From Opitutales bacterium (GTDB taxonomy: Bacteria; Verrucomicrobiota; Verrucomicrobiia; Opitutales; PNEW01): a stretch of DNA of 64,000 bases. Positions 51,340-62,400 of this stretch are shown here, in pieces. The translations under genes were made by a program, and so were the position numbers. The notes beneath the pieces were generated by a model. It was not told the DNA's origin. It worked only from the letters and a program-made list of their open reading frames with translations, and ran no database searches. Numbering within the stretch: the stretch's first letter is position 1; each line of letters begins with the position of its first letter. The stretch lies in NCBI GenBank assembly GCA_965197745.1, contig CBDANS010000007.1:1664001-1728000 (forward strand), in the 5' to 3' direction.

Positions 51340-52791
51340 TCAGCGCCATCCCCGCTGACTGTTAAGACCGCGGCCGGCTTTTATTTCTTTACTCGATGCA
51401 GGATCAAATTTCCGGTCAGGTTCTCCTTTCAATTTCTTTCCTTCAATCCAATTCAAATCATTTCCATAGAGATTTTCGATAAGCCAAAGGGTCATACGTT
51501 CGCGGGTTTCAGCATATGCGGGTTCATCCGCAAGATCATGCATTTCTCGAGGATCATTTTTAAGGTCAAAAAGCTGAATACGATTTCCGACAGGATACCA
51601 TATCAATTTAAACTCATTCGCACGGATCATACGTACCGCTCGTTCATCTTCATTATGCTCACAACAGAGATATTCACGCTTAAAGTCGGTGATCATTGAT
51701 TTACCCTCTACGGTCTCCGGAATGGGAATGTTGCACAGGTCGAGAAGCGTAGGCATAACATCACGCAGCGCGACCAATCGCTCATCTTGCTGATTAATTT
51801 TCAGTCGAGGATCATCAACTGCTGGCGATAGGATCATCGGAATTTTTGCAGAAGTCTCGTACATCTGTGTCTTTGCCCACAGATTGTGATTTCCCAACAT
51901 ATCACCATGATCACTAATGAACATAATAATGGTATTATCAAGCAGCCCTTCCTCTCTTAAAGTACCAATTAGCAGTCGTATTTGATGGTCGATATAGGTA
52001 CATTGTGCGTAGAATCCCGCGCGCGCCTCGGAAATTTCAGCGTCTGATAATGAGAGCCATCGGCTGTCATGACATTTAAGCGCAAATGGAAGTTTATCAA
52101 AATCCCGGGCCCAGTCTCCGATATAGGGTTTATCAACACCTAAATGTCTATAGATCTGTAAATACTCAGCGGGCGGAACAATGGGCGGATGAGGAGCCTG
52201 ATAGGAACAATACCAGAAAGCGGGACGCGTTGGATCACGACGCTGGATAGTATAACACATTTCCCTCGTAGTCCAATTAGTCGAGTGGTAGCGTTCCGGT
52301 AAGTGCCAGGGACGAACGCAGTACTCATTGCTTCCCATCCCATGCGTAAATTCCTGTCCGGAATAGCCTTCCTCGCGAAGAAATCTTTCATAATCATCCA
52401 CCACGCCCCCAAACTGATGGCGACCTTCCTCATTGAGAATTACCTCTTCAAATCCGATTCTGTCGCGTTGGGGGTAGACATGAAGTTTGCCTACAGCATA
52501 GGCCTGATAACCAGCATTGCGAAATGCTGAGGGCATCGTTGTAAATTTAGGATCCATCTCGAGGTGTTCATTAAAAGAGCGATCCCCGTGAGTTTTCGCC
52601 ATCGTCCCGGTCATTAATGCGCGCCTTGCGGGGATGCAGGTAGGGGTCGTGGTATAAGCCTCGGTAAAAAGCACCCCGTTTTCCGCGAGTCGGTTAAGCG
52701 TTGGTGTCAAAATATGCTGATGACCTCTTGTCCCGAGCAGATGACCGGGCCAGTGATCGACACAAATAAGTAATACATTAGGTTGGGCCAT
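51340..52791 (-). CDS. Sulfatase (choline-sulfatase-like)
   Basis: CIPAR, GKLH, SDHGDMLG. Confidence 0.88.
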   Translation of the reverse strand: MAQPNVLLICVDHWPGHLLGTRGHQHILTPTLNRLAENGVLFTEAYTTTPTCIPARRALMTGTMAKTHGDRSFNEHLEMDPKFTTMPSAFRNAGYQAYAVGKLHVYPQRDRIGFEEVILNEEGRHQFGGVVDDYERFLREEGYSGQEFTHGMGSNEYCVRPWHLPERYHSTNWTTREMCYTIQRRDPTRPAFWYCSYQAPHPPIVPPAEYLQIYRHLGVDKPYIGDWARDFDKLPFALKCHDSRWLSLSDAEISEARAGFYAQCTYIDHQIRLLIGTLREEGLLDNTIIMFISDHGDMLGNHNLWAKTQMYETSAKIPMILSPAVDDPRLKINQQDERLVALRDVMPTLLDLCNIPIPETVEGKSMITDFKREYLCCEHNEDERAVRMIRANEFKLIWYPVGNRIQLFDLKNDPREMHDLADEPAYAETRERMTLWLIENLYGNDLNWIEGKKLKGEPDRKFDPASSKEIKAGRGLNSQRGWR

Positions 52792-52803
52792 GTTCTTTAT
52801 ATG

Positions 52804-54357
52804 TTAATTGTTCTCAGCGACCTTTTCGGTTTTATATAAAACGGTTCCATTCTCATCGTAGAAAGTAATGCGTGCAAGGGACTGTTTCTTCCCTTTAGAT
52901 TTTACCTTTAATATCAAAAAACCTCCAGAGGGTTCTTGAGTGTTGTAAGGTTGTTTAATTTTACCTTCGGGGTCGGAGGAATTCGGGTCGCCAGGAAGAG
53001 GACCAATTTCGGTGTTAGCATCGACCAATGTACCGCACGAGAATTCTTCAAACCCTGACGGATGAATAGAGTGATATTGCCAGTGCCGATCTCCACAGAT
53101 CAGGTAAAAGTTTTTATGGCGAAAGCCATTCTCTGAAAGCCATCGAATAAAAGCTTCTCCCTCATATCGAAATCCACCGGGATTAGCATGGTTATCGCGT
53201 TTCCCTCCTTCTTCGGGACCGACCATGGGCGTGGCAGAGATAAGGAATTTAAATACCGTGTCACTTTGGAGCAGTGTTTCTTTAAGCCAATCCTTTTGTT
53301 TTAATCCCCAGATGCTTTTATTCGGGCCATCGGGCCTGTCATTAGGATCACGATAATCCCTGCCTTCGACAATCCAGATCTGAAGCAAATCATTAACCCT
53401 GTAGGTTCTATAAGTTACGGGATTACTATCTTCAGGATCGACTACCGGGAGCTGTTCTTGAAACATTCTAATTCCCAGCTTCGCGGAGGGTTGTGATCCT
53501 GAACCGGAGACGTGCTCATATATGTTTGTTTTAGGGTAATAATCCAAGTCATAAATACGCTCTACAAGGTAGGGATTTATGGGGTCGGAATCGTTGAAAC
53601 GAAAATCGTGATCATCTTTCAACCAGTAAGTTGCCACCTGCTGAAAGAGATCAATAAATCGCGGCTGTGAAAACTGTTCCTGGTACTTTCTCCTTATCTG
53701 CTGTTGTGTTTCGGCGCGCCCATCATAGGGTGAATCATAATAAACATTATCGCCGGTCCCGACAAAATAATCTGGTTTGAGGTTTAATATCGATACGAGA
53801 GCTGGATATCCCAGTAATCTGTCTTCACCGCTGCCCGGGGGAACTTTTCTTAGGGGATCGTTTTCCAACCCCGTGTGGTGAAATCTCGAATAGTTCATTC
53901 CGGTTACGACCGCAAAACTTACTTCTTCACTGATACTGCCACCATGCGTTTGAAAGGTGGAAGTGTTCCCTTTGTTCACTGATTTTATTTCAGGACCGTA
54001 TAATACACGGTAATAATAACGCGTCCCTGCTTTCAGGTCAGTCACTTTTGTCTTAATGATATAATCGTAACCAGGGACTGCTTTTAACCACGGAGTTTGA
54101 TATGAATCTTTAAAGTCTGAATGGATCGATATTTCAAAACAAGCCCAGCCAGAAATGCCCGGAATCCCCGACCACGTTTTATCGAAGAGAGGATTCGAGG
54201 AAGTTAATCGTGTCTGCAGAATGACACTATGATCAGAAACTTCACCGGCCATTTGTCCCTGCGCTAATGAGTAAGCTTCCAGGGAGTTTTCTCCATAACC
54301 GAAAGGATATAAAACCGTTCCGGAAAAAAATAAAATGAAATATAATTTCAATTTCAT
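52804..54357 (-). CDS. phoD: PhoD-family alkaline phosphatase
   Basis: GDNVYYD, DDHD, GDRH. Confidence 0.8.
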   Translation of the reverse strand: MKLKLYFILFFSGTVLYPFGYGENSLEAYSLAQGQMAGEVSDHSVILQTRLTSSNPLFDKTWSGIPGISGWACFEISIHSDFKDSYQTPWLKAVPGYDYIIKTKVTDLKAGTRYYYRVLYGPEIKSVNKGNTSTFQTHGGSISEEVSFAVVTGMNYSRFHHTGLENDPLRKVPPGSGEDRLLGYPALVSILNLKPDYFVGTGDNVYYDSPYDGRAETQQQIRRKYQEQFSQPRFIDLFQQVATYWLKDDHDFRFNDSDPINPYLVERIYDLDYYPKTNIYEHVSGSGSQPSAKLGIRMFQEQLPVVDPEDSNPVTYRTYRVNDLLQIWIVEGRDYRDPNDRPDGPNKSIWGLKQKDWLKETLLQSDTVFKFLISATPMVGPEEGGKRDNHANPGGFRYEGEAFIRWLSENGFRHKNFYLICGDRHWQYHSIHPSGFEEFSCGTLVDANTEIGPLPGDPNSSDPEGKIKQPYNTQEPSGGFLILKVKSKGKKQSLARITFYDENGTVLYKTEKVAENN

Positions 54358-54438
54358 ATTAAGAGATCACTTAAAACAGGTTCTTCGTCTACGTATAGTA
54401 TAGTCAAGTTATTATTGAAGACACCCGGCACGCTCTTC

Positions 54439-54972
54439 TTAGAGGGAATGATCGAGATTAAAATCCGACGGATCGTAGTTCCTGAGGCGCAGTGCGTTTT
54501 TAAGCATCTCCAAGTCCAATACGGCGCCGCTATTAATGCCATTATTCTGAAACCACCCCTGAGACATCTCCAATGCGAATTGCACATTGTCCTCTCGTGA
54601 AACGACAGGTGTTTCATCGTATGGATAGAGGGGATAAAATTCCTGAAGGATGCCATCAGGACTAAAATAACCTATATCCAGGGGGAGAGGGGTATTCCGC
54701 ATCCAAAAACGCATTTGCTGCGGCCGGGCATAAATAAAAATCATACCTTTATTTTCACCTAGTTTTTTTCGGAACATAAGACCGCGTTGTTGTTCGACCG
54801 GTTCAACAGCCAATTGTACTTCGATTGCTTTTCCTTGCAGCATTAAATCGAAGTAACTATCCGCTCTCCAAGAATCAGAATCTTCTTTTAGACTCACAGG
54901 GCTGCAGGCCTGCAGGGTGAAAAATAAAATGAAAATGAAAAATCGAGGAGAACCGATACGTGGTTTTACCAT
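54439..54972 (-). CDS. DUF192 family lipoprotein
   Basis: GLMFR, GMIF, FWMRNT.LPLDI. Confidence 0.88.
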   Translation of the reverse strand: MVKPRIGSPRFFIFILFFTLQACSPVSLKEDSDSWRADSYFDLMLQGKAIEVQLAVEPVEQQRGLMFRKKLGENKGMIFIYARPQQMRFWMRNTPLPLDIGYFSPDGILQEFYPLYPYDETPVVSREDNVQFALEMSQGWFQNNGINSGAVLDLEMLKNALRLRNYDPSDFNLDHSL

Positions 54973-55036
54973 ACAGTTATTTAACTAGACTTATTTCAAG
55001 CATTCTCAATGCTTATTGCTAAATTCCGTGAATTAA

Positions 55037-56173
55037 ATGCAAGGAACCAAACACTCGCCATTGATCTACGCGGATTCTGAGTCCAATGCGGATCAACTGT
55101 ATTTCGGCAAAGTCTTTGTCCCGGATCCTTTTCTTTCTTTTGGGCTCGGCAATAAAAAATACGCTTTGGCAAATGCTCTTGAGTTCATGCGAATCAAAAA
55201 GGAATCGGATTTTGATGTAGTGCTTCCCCTAGAGGAGTGGCAGAGTAAAGCCAAGAAAACTTTCAGAAGTAAGAAGGCAGGTCTATGTGAAATATTACGG
55301 CTCATCGTCGCTGAATATAAGGTGCATTCATTTATCGTCGCCCCTGACTTTCCCGCGGGTTTGGCACTGCAATTAAAAAAAGCAAAAATAAAATTAAAAA
55401 TTGCTGAAGGCTCACTATTTTCAGAACGAATTGTGAAGAGTGATGCTGAAGCTAAAGCAATCAAAGCGGGCAATGCTGCGAGCGCAGCGGGTATCAAAGC
55501 GGCGGAAGCAGTTTTACGCCGTGCAGCTATCAAAGGGGGTAAGTTATACTATCGTGGGCTCAAGCTTACATCCGAGCTGCTACGTGAAGAAATTGACATT
55601 GCCTGTTTAAGGAGAGGCGCGGTGGCAAGTCATACCATAGCCGCAAGTGGCGACCAGGCATGTGACCCGCATTGCGCCGGGTACGGACCCATACGCGCAA
55701 ATGAGTTGATTATCGTGGATGTGTTTCCACGCGTGACCCGAACCGGTTATTTTGGAGATATGACCCGGACCTTTATTAAAGGACGGGCCAATGATAAGCA
55801 GAGAAGGTTGGTTAAGACTGTGAGGAAAGCGCACCGTGGCGTCCTCGATTCGATAAAAGCGGGAGTCGAGGCCCCTAAAGTACATCACCAGGTGGAAAAA
55901 TTCTTTGTCGAGAATGACTACCATACGCGAAAGGTAGGTGATGTAACTGAGGGATATTTTCATGGAACGGGACATGGTGTAGGTTTAGAAATCCACGAGG
56001 AACCTCGTTTGTCATCCCGAGGCCCTAAATTAAAATCAGGGATGGTTGTAACCGTAGAACCAGGGTTATATTATCCAGGGCTGGGGGGATGTCGAATTGA
56101 AGATATGGTGCGTGTAAAAAAAGGCGGAGTGGAAATGCTTTCAAAATGTCATTACCGATGGGAAATTTCATGA
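55037..56173 (+). CDS. Xaa-Pro peptidase (M24)
   Basis: DMTRT, HGTGHGVGLEIHE, TVEPGLY, RIED. Confidence 0.9.
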   Translation: MQGTKHSPLIYADSESNADQLYFGKVFVPDPFLSFGLGNKKYALANALEFMRIKKESDFDVVLPLEEWQSKAKKTFRSKKAGLCEILRLIVAEYKVHSFIVAPDFPAGLALQLKKAKIKLKIAEGSLFSERIVKSDAEAKAIKAGNAASAAGIKAAEAVLRRAAIKGGKLYYRGLKLTSELLREEIDIACLRRGAVASHTIAASGDQACDPHCAGYGPIRANELIIVDVFPRVTRTGYFGDMTRTFIKGRANDKQRRLVKTVRKAHRGVLDSIKAGVEAPKVHHQVEKFFVENDYHTRKVGDVTEGYFHGTGHGVGLEIHEEPRLSSRGPKLKSGMVVTVEPGLYYPGLGGCRIEDMVRVKKGGVEMLSKCHYRWEIS

Positions 56174-57144
56174 AGACTCTTTTAGAAAAAATCAGCGGGT
56201 TAAAAATTCTTATCATTGGCGATTTAATCCTCGACCACTATATCTGGGGCGATGCTTCTCGCATATCGCCGGAAGCACCAGTACCGGTTATCGAAGTAGA
56301 TCGCGATAGTTATGGAGCGGGGGGTGCAGCGAATGTAGCTCTTAATGTGAGCGCACTAGGAGCGAATACTGAGATTTGTGGGATCCTGGGAAATGATGAT
56401 TCCGGACAGCACCTGAAAAATATTCTAGCCGAATGCAATGTGCCGATTGACGATGTGTTTATTTTACCGAATAAACAAACGGTTCTCAAAACTCGCATTA
56501 TTGTTAGACAGCAACAACTCTGCCGATTGGACCGTGAATCGGAACCTGAAAATTACAAAATTGATATCGATAAATACAAGGATCTCATAATAGAAAAAGT
56601 AAAAAATGTGGATGCCGTTATTTTTTCTGATTACGCGAAAGGAGTTATTGATGGAGCAATTATCAATTTGGTGCAGGAAACTGCAAAGATTAACGAAGCC
56701 CTAGTCACTTATGATCCCAAACCAAAAAGAAAGGTCGATTTTAGCGAAGTGGATATTTTAAAACCTAACCGATTTGAAGCGTTAGAATTGGCGGGAATGA
56801 AAGCAGATCACCATGGGGAATATCCAGCAGTTGAAATCTGTGAGTCCATTTGGCAACAATATCATCCCAGATATCTGATAATTTCACTTGGGGCGGATGG
56901 AATACTCTTAAGCGAAAAAGGGAAAGTAATTTCTCAGATTCCGACGTACGCTCGCGAAGTTTTCGATGTTTCCGGCGCTGGAGACTCAGTGATTGCCTCG
57001 ATAACGACGGCGATGGCCGCGGGTTCAACGATAGAGGAAGCGGTACATTTTGCTAACGCTGCTGCCGGAGTCGTCGTTGGTAAGGTGGGCGCAGCGGTCG
57101 CTCATCCGGAGGAAATTCTTGAATACGCGGCCAGCCATGAGTAA
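56170..57144 (+). CDS. rfaE1: D-glycero-D-manno-heptose-7-phosphate kinase (HldE kinase domain)
   Basis: RISPEAPVPV, SDYAKG, DVSGAGD. Confidence 0.9.
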   Translation: MKTLLEKISGLKILIIGDLILDHYIWGDASRISPEAPVPVIEVDRDSYGAGGAANVALNVSALGANTEICGILGNDDSGQHLKNILAECNVPIDDVFILPNKQTVLKTRIIVRQQQLCRLDRESEPENYKIDIDKYKDLIIEKVKNVDAVIFSDYAKGVIDGAIINLVQETAKINEALVTYDPKPKRKVDFSEVDILKPNRFEALELAGMKADHHGEYPAVEICESIWQQYHPRYLIISLGADGILLSEKGKVISQIPTYAREVFDVSGAGDSVIASITTAMAAGSTIEEAVHFANAAAGVVVGKVGAAVAHPEEILEYAASHE

Positions 57145-57664
57145 GGCGCTTTTTCTCGATCGCGACGGGACACTCATAATTAATAAAGACTATCTTTCAG
57201 ATCCGAAAGAGGTTGAGTTGATACCCGGAGCGAGGAGGGCGTTGCGTCTGGCTCTCAGCCTTAATTATCACCTCTTCCTTTTGACAAATCAAAGTGGAGT
57301 AGGTCGCGGATGGTTTTCGATGGCTGATGTAGAAGCCTGTAATCAGCGAATGCTCGATCTCCTTGATCTGCCCGAGCCCGGCTTTACCGCTATCTGCATT
57401 GCACCCGAAAGACCTGATGAACCTTCAAAATATCGCAAACCTTCACCTTGTTTTATTTTAGAGATGATCGAAAAGCATGAACTGGAACCAAAGCAATGCG
57501 CGATGGTGGGGGATCACATTACGGACATTGAATCAGGGCAAAATGCTGGTATTAACGTGGCTGCGTTAAAATCAGGCAAGAACGAATCGGTAGGAGGATT
57601 ATTAAAATCTGAAGCTGTTCCCCTATATGAACACCTCAATGAATTTGTTGCCACATTAAGATAG
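57137..57664 (+). CDS. gmhB: Heptose 1,7-bisphosphate phosphatase
   Basis: FLDRDGT, TNQSG, RKP.P, MVGD. Confidence 0.88.
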   Translation: MSKALFLDRDGTLIINKDYLSDPKEVELIPGARRALRLALSLNYHLFLLTNQSGVGRGWFSMADVEACNQRMLDLLDLPEPGFTAICIAPERPDEPSKYRKPSPCFILEMIEKHELEPKQCAMVGDHITDIESGQNAGINVAALKSGKNESVGGLLKSEAVPLYEHLNEFVATLR

Positions 57665-57683
57665 AGTAATCGCTTATCCCCAC

Positions 57684-59447
57684 TTACATGCGTTTGAGAG
57701 TATCAAGGCCGAGAAGATGAAGTCCTGTTTCGAGCACGCGCAAGGTGCGCGCACATAAGAGGAGACGGCGGGCCCGAACATCAGGATTATCAACAATTAC
57801 TTTATCAGCTTTATAAAATGTGCTGAAAGTCACCGCCAATTCATAAAGATAGGCACACAAGAAATGGGGGCGAAGATCGCTGATGGTCTGATTGACAACG
57901 GCGACAAATCCCACCAGTTTTCGGGCAAGAGAAATTTCGGTATCGGTGGTAAAGAGGCTTGCGCCATCCTCTGCGGTGCCGGGTTGTAATTCAACTTTAC
58001 GAAAAATACTGTATATGCGAGCGACGGCATAAAGGAGGTAGGGAGCGGTGTTCCCATCGAAGCTCAAAAGCTTATCCCACGAAAATAGATAATCGCTCGT
58101 GCGATTTTGCATAAGATCGGCATAGCGAACGGCACCTAGACCAACAACCCGCGCAACATTTTTTCGTTCTTCTTCAGATAAATCGGGGTTCTTTTCACTG
58201 ACAATTTTGTATGCGCGCTCAATGGCTTCATAGAGGAAGTCCTTGAGTTTGATTTGTTCACCACTTCGCGTTCTTATAGCTTTGCCATTTTCGCCCAGGA
58301 TGGTTCCAAAACTTACGTGCCGGAATTTCGGTACCGCTATTCCTTTGTAGTGCAACCATTTTTCTGCAGTAAGAAATAATTGCTCAAAATGATCACTCTG
58401 GCGGGCATCAACAACATAATCAATTTCATCACTATGAAATTGATTGATGCGATAACAGACCGTTGCTAAATCCGTGGTTGAATAGAGACTTGCGCCGTCA
58501 GATTTTCGAATAATAAAGGGCTGTTTGTTAAATCGAGGGTGTTCTTTGTGAAAAACGACAAGAGCGCCCTCGCTTAGCTCGGCTATACCCGATTCACTTA
58601 GCTCCTCGTAAACATTCGCTATTTTGTCGCGATAAAAACTTTCTCCTAAAACTTCATCAAAGCGAATATTTAAAAGATCATAAATTTCCTGGAGTGCCTG
58701 GAGACTGACATTCCTGATTTCTTCCCAAAGGGCCATATTCTCACGATCGCCGTTTTGTAATTTTACCAATTCCTCTCGTGATTCATCGCGCGCTTTAGAA
58801 TCATTTTCCAATAACGCAGTTCCCTCCCTGTAGAGTCGCTCAAAATCTTCCAGGGGATCATCGTGGGAAGATTTCAATTGATAGCCACTACGTTTAATAG
58901 CCATTATAATTACTCCGTAATGGGTGCCCCAATCGCCAATGTGGTTGTCACGTATGACTTCTGCTCCACAGAAGTTCATAAGACGACTAATCACCTCACC
59001 GATAACAATGGATCGAATATGGCCGACATGCATCTGCTTGACGGCATTAGGAGAACTGAAATCTACGGCGATGCGTTTTCCCCGGTAAATTTCACCTGCA
59101 GCGCCCTTGAGATCCTTTTCATCACGAAATTTAAGCAGCCATTTCAGAAGGAATTCAGCACTTAGACGAAAATTGATAAAACCTGGGCCGGCTATTGAGT
59201 GCTGGATCAGTGATAAATCCAGTTCTCCTGACTGATCAACGGCTTCCATAAGCTTCTGAGCAGCATGACGGGGATTTATACTCGCTTTTTTTGCCCAGGG
59301 AAGAACACCATTGACCTGAAAATCACCATGGCGAGCTTCTGCCGGTCGAATATCAGGATTAAACGATTCATCAAAGAGAGAATCTGTGGTAGCTGCAGAT
59401 TTTATCACACGATCGAGTTCTAGGGGTATATTAAACCAGATATCCAT
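57684..59447 (-). CDS. argS: Arginine-tRNA ligase
   Basis: SSPN..K.MHVGH.RS, NHIGDWG, GNTAPYL.YA. Confidence 0.96.
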   Translation of the reverse strand: MDIWFNIPLELDRVIKSAATTDSLFDESFNPDIRPAEARHGDFQVNGVLPWAKKASINPRHAAQKLMEAVDQSGELDLSLIQHSIAGPGFINFRLSAEFLLKWLLKFRDEKDLKGAAGEIYRGKRIAVDFSSPNAVKQMHVGHIRSIVIGEVISRLMNFCGAEVIRDNHIGDWGTHYGVIIMAIKRSGYQLKSSHDDPLEDFERLYREGTALLENDSKARDESREELVKLQNGDRENMALWEEIRNVSLQALQEIYDLLNIRFDEVLGESFYRDKIANVYEELSESGIAELSEGALVVFHKEHPRFNKQPFIIRKSDGASLYSTTDLATVCYRINQFHSDEIDYVVDARQSDHFEQLFLTAEKWLHYKGIAVPKFRHVSFGTILGENGKAIRTRSGEQIKLKDFLYEAIERAYKIVSEKNPDLSEEERKNVARVVGLGAVRYADLMQNRTSDYLFSWDKLLSFDGNTAPYLLYAVARIYSIFRKVELQPGTAEDGASLFTTDTEISLARKLVGFVAVVNQTISDLRPHFLCAYLYELAVTFSTFYKADKVIVDNPDVRARRLLLCARTLRVLETGLHLLGLDTLKRM

Positions 59448-59699
59448 GGAATTATTGTTCTTTACTCATTCTTTCTGGAGAACTTTTCAATCGCAGAGTG
59501 TAAAAAAAGCGTGCCTGCACAACGAAAATAATAAGGCCACTTGACTCCTATAGTATTATAATAGGTTCAATCAGCGCGAATCCGGAAGTTAATCAGGCAT
59601 TCACAAGGAGAATATGCTCGACAAATCTTTTCTTAATAGCCTAATAGTTAGTATCTTGCGTTATTACGCTCCCACGCGAAAGCGACATTATTTTGTATC

Positions 59700-61034
59700 A
59701 TGAGAAAGAAATATGTAAACACGCGAAAGTTTATTAAACCGTCATTTGTTTTTTTAATAGAGAAAAAAAGAGATGGGGGTGAATTTTCCCAGGAAGAGAT
59801 CCGCTATATTATCGATTCTCTCGTGGATGGAAAGTTGCCCCAGTATCAACTCTCAGCGATGGCGATGGCGATCTATTTTCAAGGGATGTCAGCGCAAGAG
59901 ACGGCTACGCTCGCTGAAGAGATGATGCTTTCCGGCGAAGTGATTGATTTATCGAAAATCACGAAACCAAAGATCGATAAATATTCTACGGGAGGCGTTG
60001 GGGATATAACCTCTCTCGTTCTTGCACCTTTAGCTGCTGCTTCAGGAGTTGCCATGCCCATGATGAATGGTGTCGATGAGGAATTTGTCATCAGCAATCT
60101 GGAAAAATTATCATCGATACCCGGTTTTAAAGACGAATTGGATCTGAAAGACTTTGTCCAGCAGATCAAAAAAACCGGGTGTGCTATGGTTAAACAGCAT
60201 AAGGAAATTGCCCCCGTTGATGAGGTTATCTACACCATGCGCAAAAATACAGGGACGATTCCCAGCCTCCCTCTTATTACCGGCAGCGTCCTTAGCCGTA
60301 AACTGGCACAAGGAGCGGAGGGCTTGGTGGTAGACGTTAAATGGGGTAATGGGTCCTTTATCAAAGATGTTGAACAGGCGCGTCAACTGGCGCGATCGAT
60401 CACGCGGGTGGGACGCTCGATGAAACGACGCTGCGTGGCTTTAGTCACTGACATGAACCAACCACTCGGTGACACCGTAGGCACCGCTTTAGAAATCAAG
60501 GATGCTATCGCCATGTTGAAAGGTGAGGGGACCGACGAATTAAAGGAGATCGTTTTAAAATTAGGAATGGAGATAGTCCGGCTGGCTGGTGTAGCCGGTT
60601 CGACACTTTCGGCGAAACAAACGGTGCAGAGACAATTACAGAGTGGTAAAGCGCTTGATAAATTTAAAGAAATGATCGGATCCCAGGGAGGAGACACCTC
60701 ATATATTGACGACCCGGATAAATTTCCCAAAGCAAAGTATATCCGCAAACTACCAGCACCCAAGCGAGGCTATGTTCATACCATAAATGCGGGAATGATA
60801 GCCCGAGGTGTTCAACACCTGGCCATGGGTAAAAATGGATCCTGGAACACTTCGGCTGGCGTCTCTGATATTAGAAAGGTGGGAACGCAGATGAAGCAGG
60901 GAGAGCCCCTTATGATGATTCATTACAATGATGAATCGCGTCTCGATAGTGCGCTTGAATACCTCAGGGGGGCCTACCGATTAGCTCCGAAGCGTCCTAA
61001 CCCACCTCCGCTCATCGTTGAACGTGTAGCCTGA
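59700..61034 (+). CDS. Pyrimidine-nucleoside/thymidine phosphorylase-like protein with divergent active site
   Basis: KKRDG, DK.STGGVGD, DVK.G.G.F, TDMNQPLG. Confidence 0.8.
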   Translation: MRKKYVNTRKFIKPSFVFLIEKKRDGGEFSQEEIRYIIDSLVDGKLPQYQLSAMAMAIYFQGMSAQETATLAEEMMLSGEVIDLSKITKPKIDKYSTGGVGDITSLVLAPLAAASGVAMPMMNGVDEEFVISNLEKLSSIPGFKDELDLKDFVQQIKKTGCAMVKQHKEIAPVDEVIYTMRKNTGTIPSLPLITGSVLSRKLAQGAEGLVVDVKWGNGSFIKDVEQARQLARSITRVGRSMKRRCVALVTDMNQPLGDTVGTALEIKDAIAMLKGEGTDELKEIVLKLGMEIVRLAGVAGSTLSAKQTVQRQLQSGKALDKFKEMIGSQGGDTSYIDDPDKFPKAKYIRKLPAPKRGYVHTINAGMIARGVQHLAMGKNGSWNTSAGVSDIRKVGTQMKQGEPLMMIHYNDESRLDSALEYLRGAYRLAPKRPNPPPLIVERVA

Positions 61035-61062
61035 AGCCAGATAAGAGCTAACAGATCAGTTT

Positions 61063-61737
61063 CTACTCTTGAGGGTATACCGATAAAAGCTCTTCAATAG
61101 TCCAAAGATCGGTACGAGATTCGAATTCAGCCCGAACTTCCGCGATCACTTCTTCGGTGACTGGATCAGCATTATTGCCCCAATCCTGTCGAATATAACT
61201 GAGCACTGCCGCTACATCCCGGTCCCCAAGCAGGCTTCCGAGAGGCGGCATAACGCTGTTGTAATCGGTCCCTTTAACCGTGATAGGCCCCATAAGTCCG
61301 GTGATAACAATATTCGCGGGTAATTTTACATTACCGTTCACCCAATGTGAATCAACAAGGGGAGGAAAGACACCGGGCACTCCCATTCCCGATGCCTGGT
61401 GACAAGCTATACAATCACGGTTAAATATTTTTTTCCCGTGGGCAATGTAATCAAAAGGAGCTTCCGGGCCGGCAGCCACAATTTTTTCCACAGGCTTTAA
61501 ATGTTCATTATAAATCAGGGGGTCAAATCCTCCAGAATACTGAGCGATGTAAATCCCACCCCAAAAAACCAAAGTTCCAAATATAAAAAGCATAAACATC
61601 GGTAATGGCGAAAATCCTTCAGAAGGTTCCGTTTTTTCTCTCATGAGCTGGGCATGCACGTCTTGCAGTGCATCGTCAGGGTATTCTTCTATTCTACCTG
61701 ATGAATTTCTTTTGGCGTTATTGTCGGATTGTTGCAT
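61063..61737 (-). CDS. Membrane-anchored cytochrome c (cbb3 operon)
   Basis: CIACH, FPPL, MP. Confidence 0.88.
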   Translation of the reverse strand: MQQSDNNAKRNSSGRIEEYPDDALQDVHAQLMREKTEPSEGFSPLPMFMLFIFGTLVFWGGIYIAQYSGGFDPLIYNEHLKPVEKIVAAGPEAPFDYIAHGKKIFNRDCIACHQASGMGVPGVFPPLVDSHWVNGNVKLPANIVITGLMGPITVKGTDYNSVMPPLGSLLGDRDVAAVLSYIRQDWGNNADPVTEEVIAEVRAEFESRTDLWTIEELLSVYPQE

Positions 61738-61752
61738 TTTAACCTTCTTAAA

Positions 61753-62400
61753 TTATTCCCTTTTAGCCTCGGGTAAATCATAGTCCAGCTTAAGACTCAA
61801 TAGATAGGCCACGAGCGCTTCAGCTCTGCGGCTCGGTACGATTTCAAAGCCTTCCTCTACCTTGAAGTCCGGGGGGAGCTTTAGAGCATTAGCTGACATT
61901 TCCGAACCTTTAATTGTTCTCTTTTCATAAAGGAAGGGATAGGGGGGCATAATTGAACCCTGAGATGTGATCGTGGGATCATAAAGGTGTAAATGATGCC
62001 AACTGGAATTAGCGAGTCGTTGGCCAACATTCATCAGATCTGGCCCTGTTCTCATGGTCCCGAGTAATACTCTTTCCTGATAAATATAATCGCGTGCGAC
62101 TGATTGACGACTGCCCCAGGCGCGTTCGTAATCACTCCCAAATCCCTTGCGTCGTACTTGCTGGGTATGACAGTAAATGCATCCTAAATCGATATAGACT
62201 TTTTTCCCCTGCATCATGAGCCCCGTCGGTTTTTGGGGGTAAAGGGGATCCCCTTCAACCGGTTTTCCGGTCTTTGGGTCTAACTGCTCGGTAGTGGGTT
62301 CAAGACTGCCATACTGAATCTGATTAACCAGAACGATACCAACCCAGGCAAAAGCTATTGTAAAAAAAATTCCGCAGAATGCTATGGGTAAGTTTCGCAT
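61753..62400 (-). CDS. ccoO: cbb3-type cytochrome c oxidase subunit II
   Basis: [21 protein letters not shown]. Confidence 0.92.
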   Translation of the reverse strand: MRNLPIAFCGIFFTIAFAWVGIVLVNQIQYGSLEPTTEQLDPKTGKPVEGDPLYPQKPTGLMMQGKKVYIDLGCIYCHTQQVRRKGFGSDYERAWGSRQSVARDYIYQERVLLGTMRTGPDLMNVGQRLANSSWHHLHLYDPTITSQGSIMPPYPFLYEKRTIKGSEMSANALKLPPDFKVEEGFEIVPSRRAEALVAYLLSLKLDYDLPEAKRE

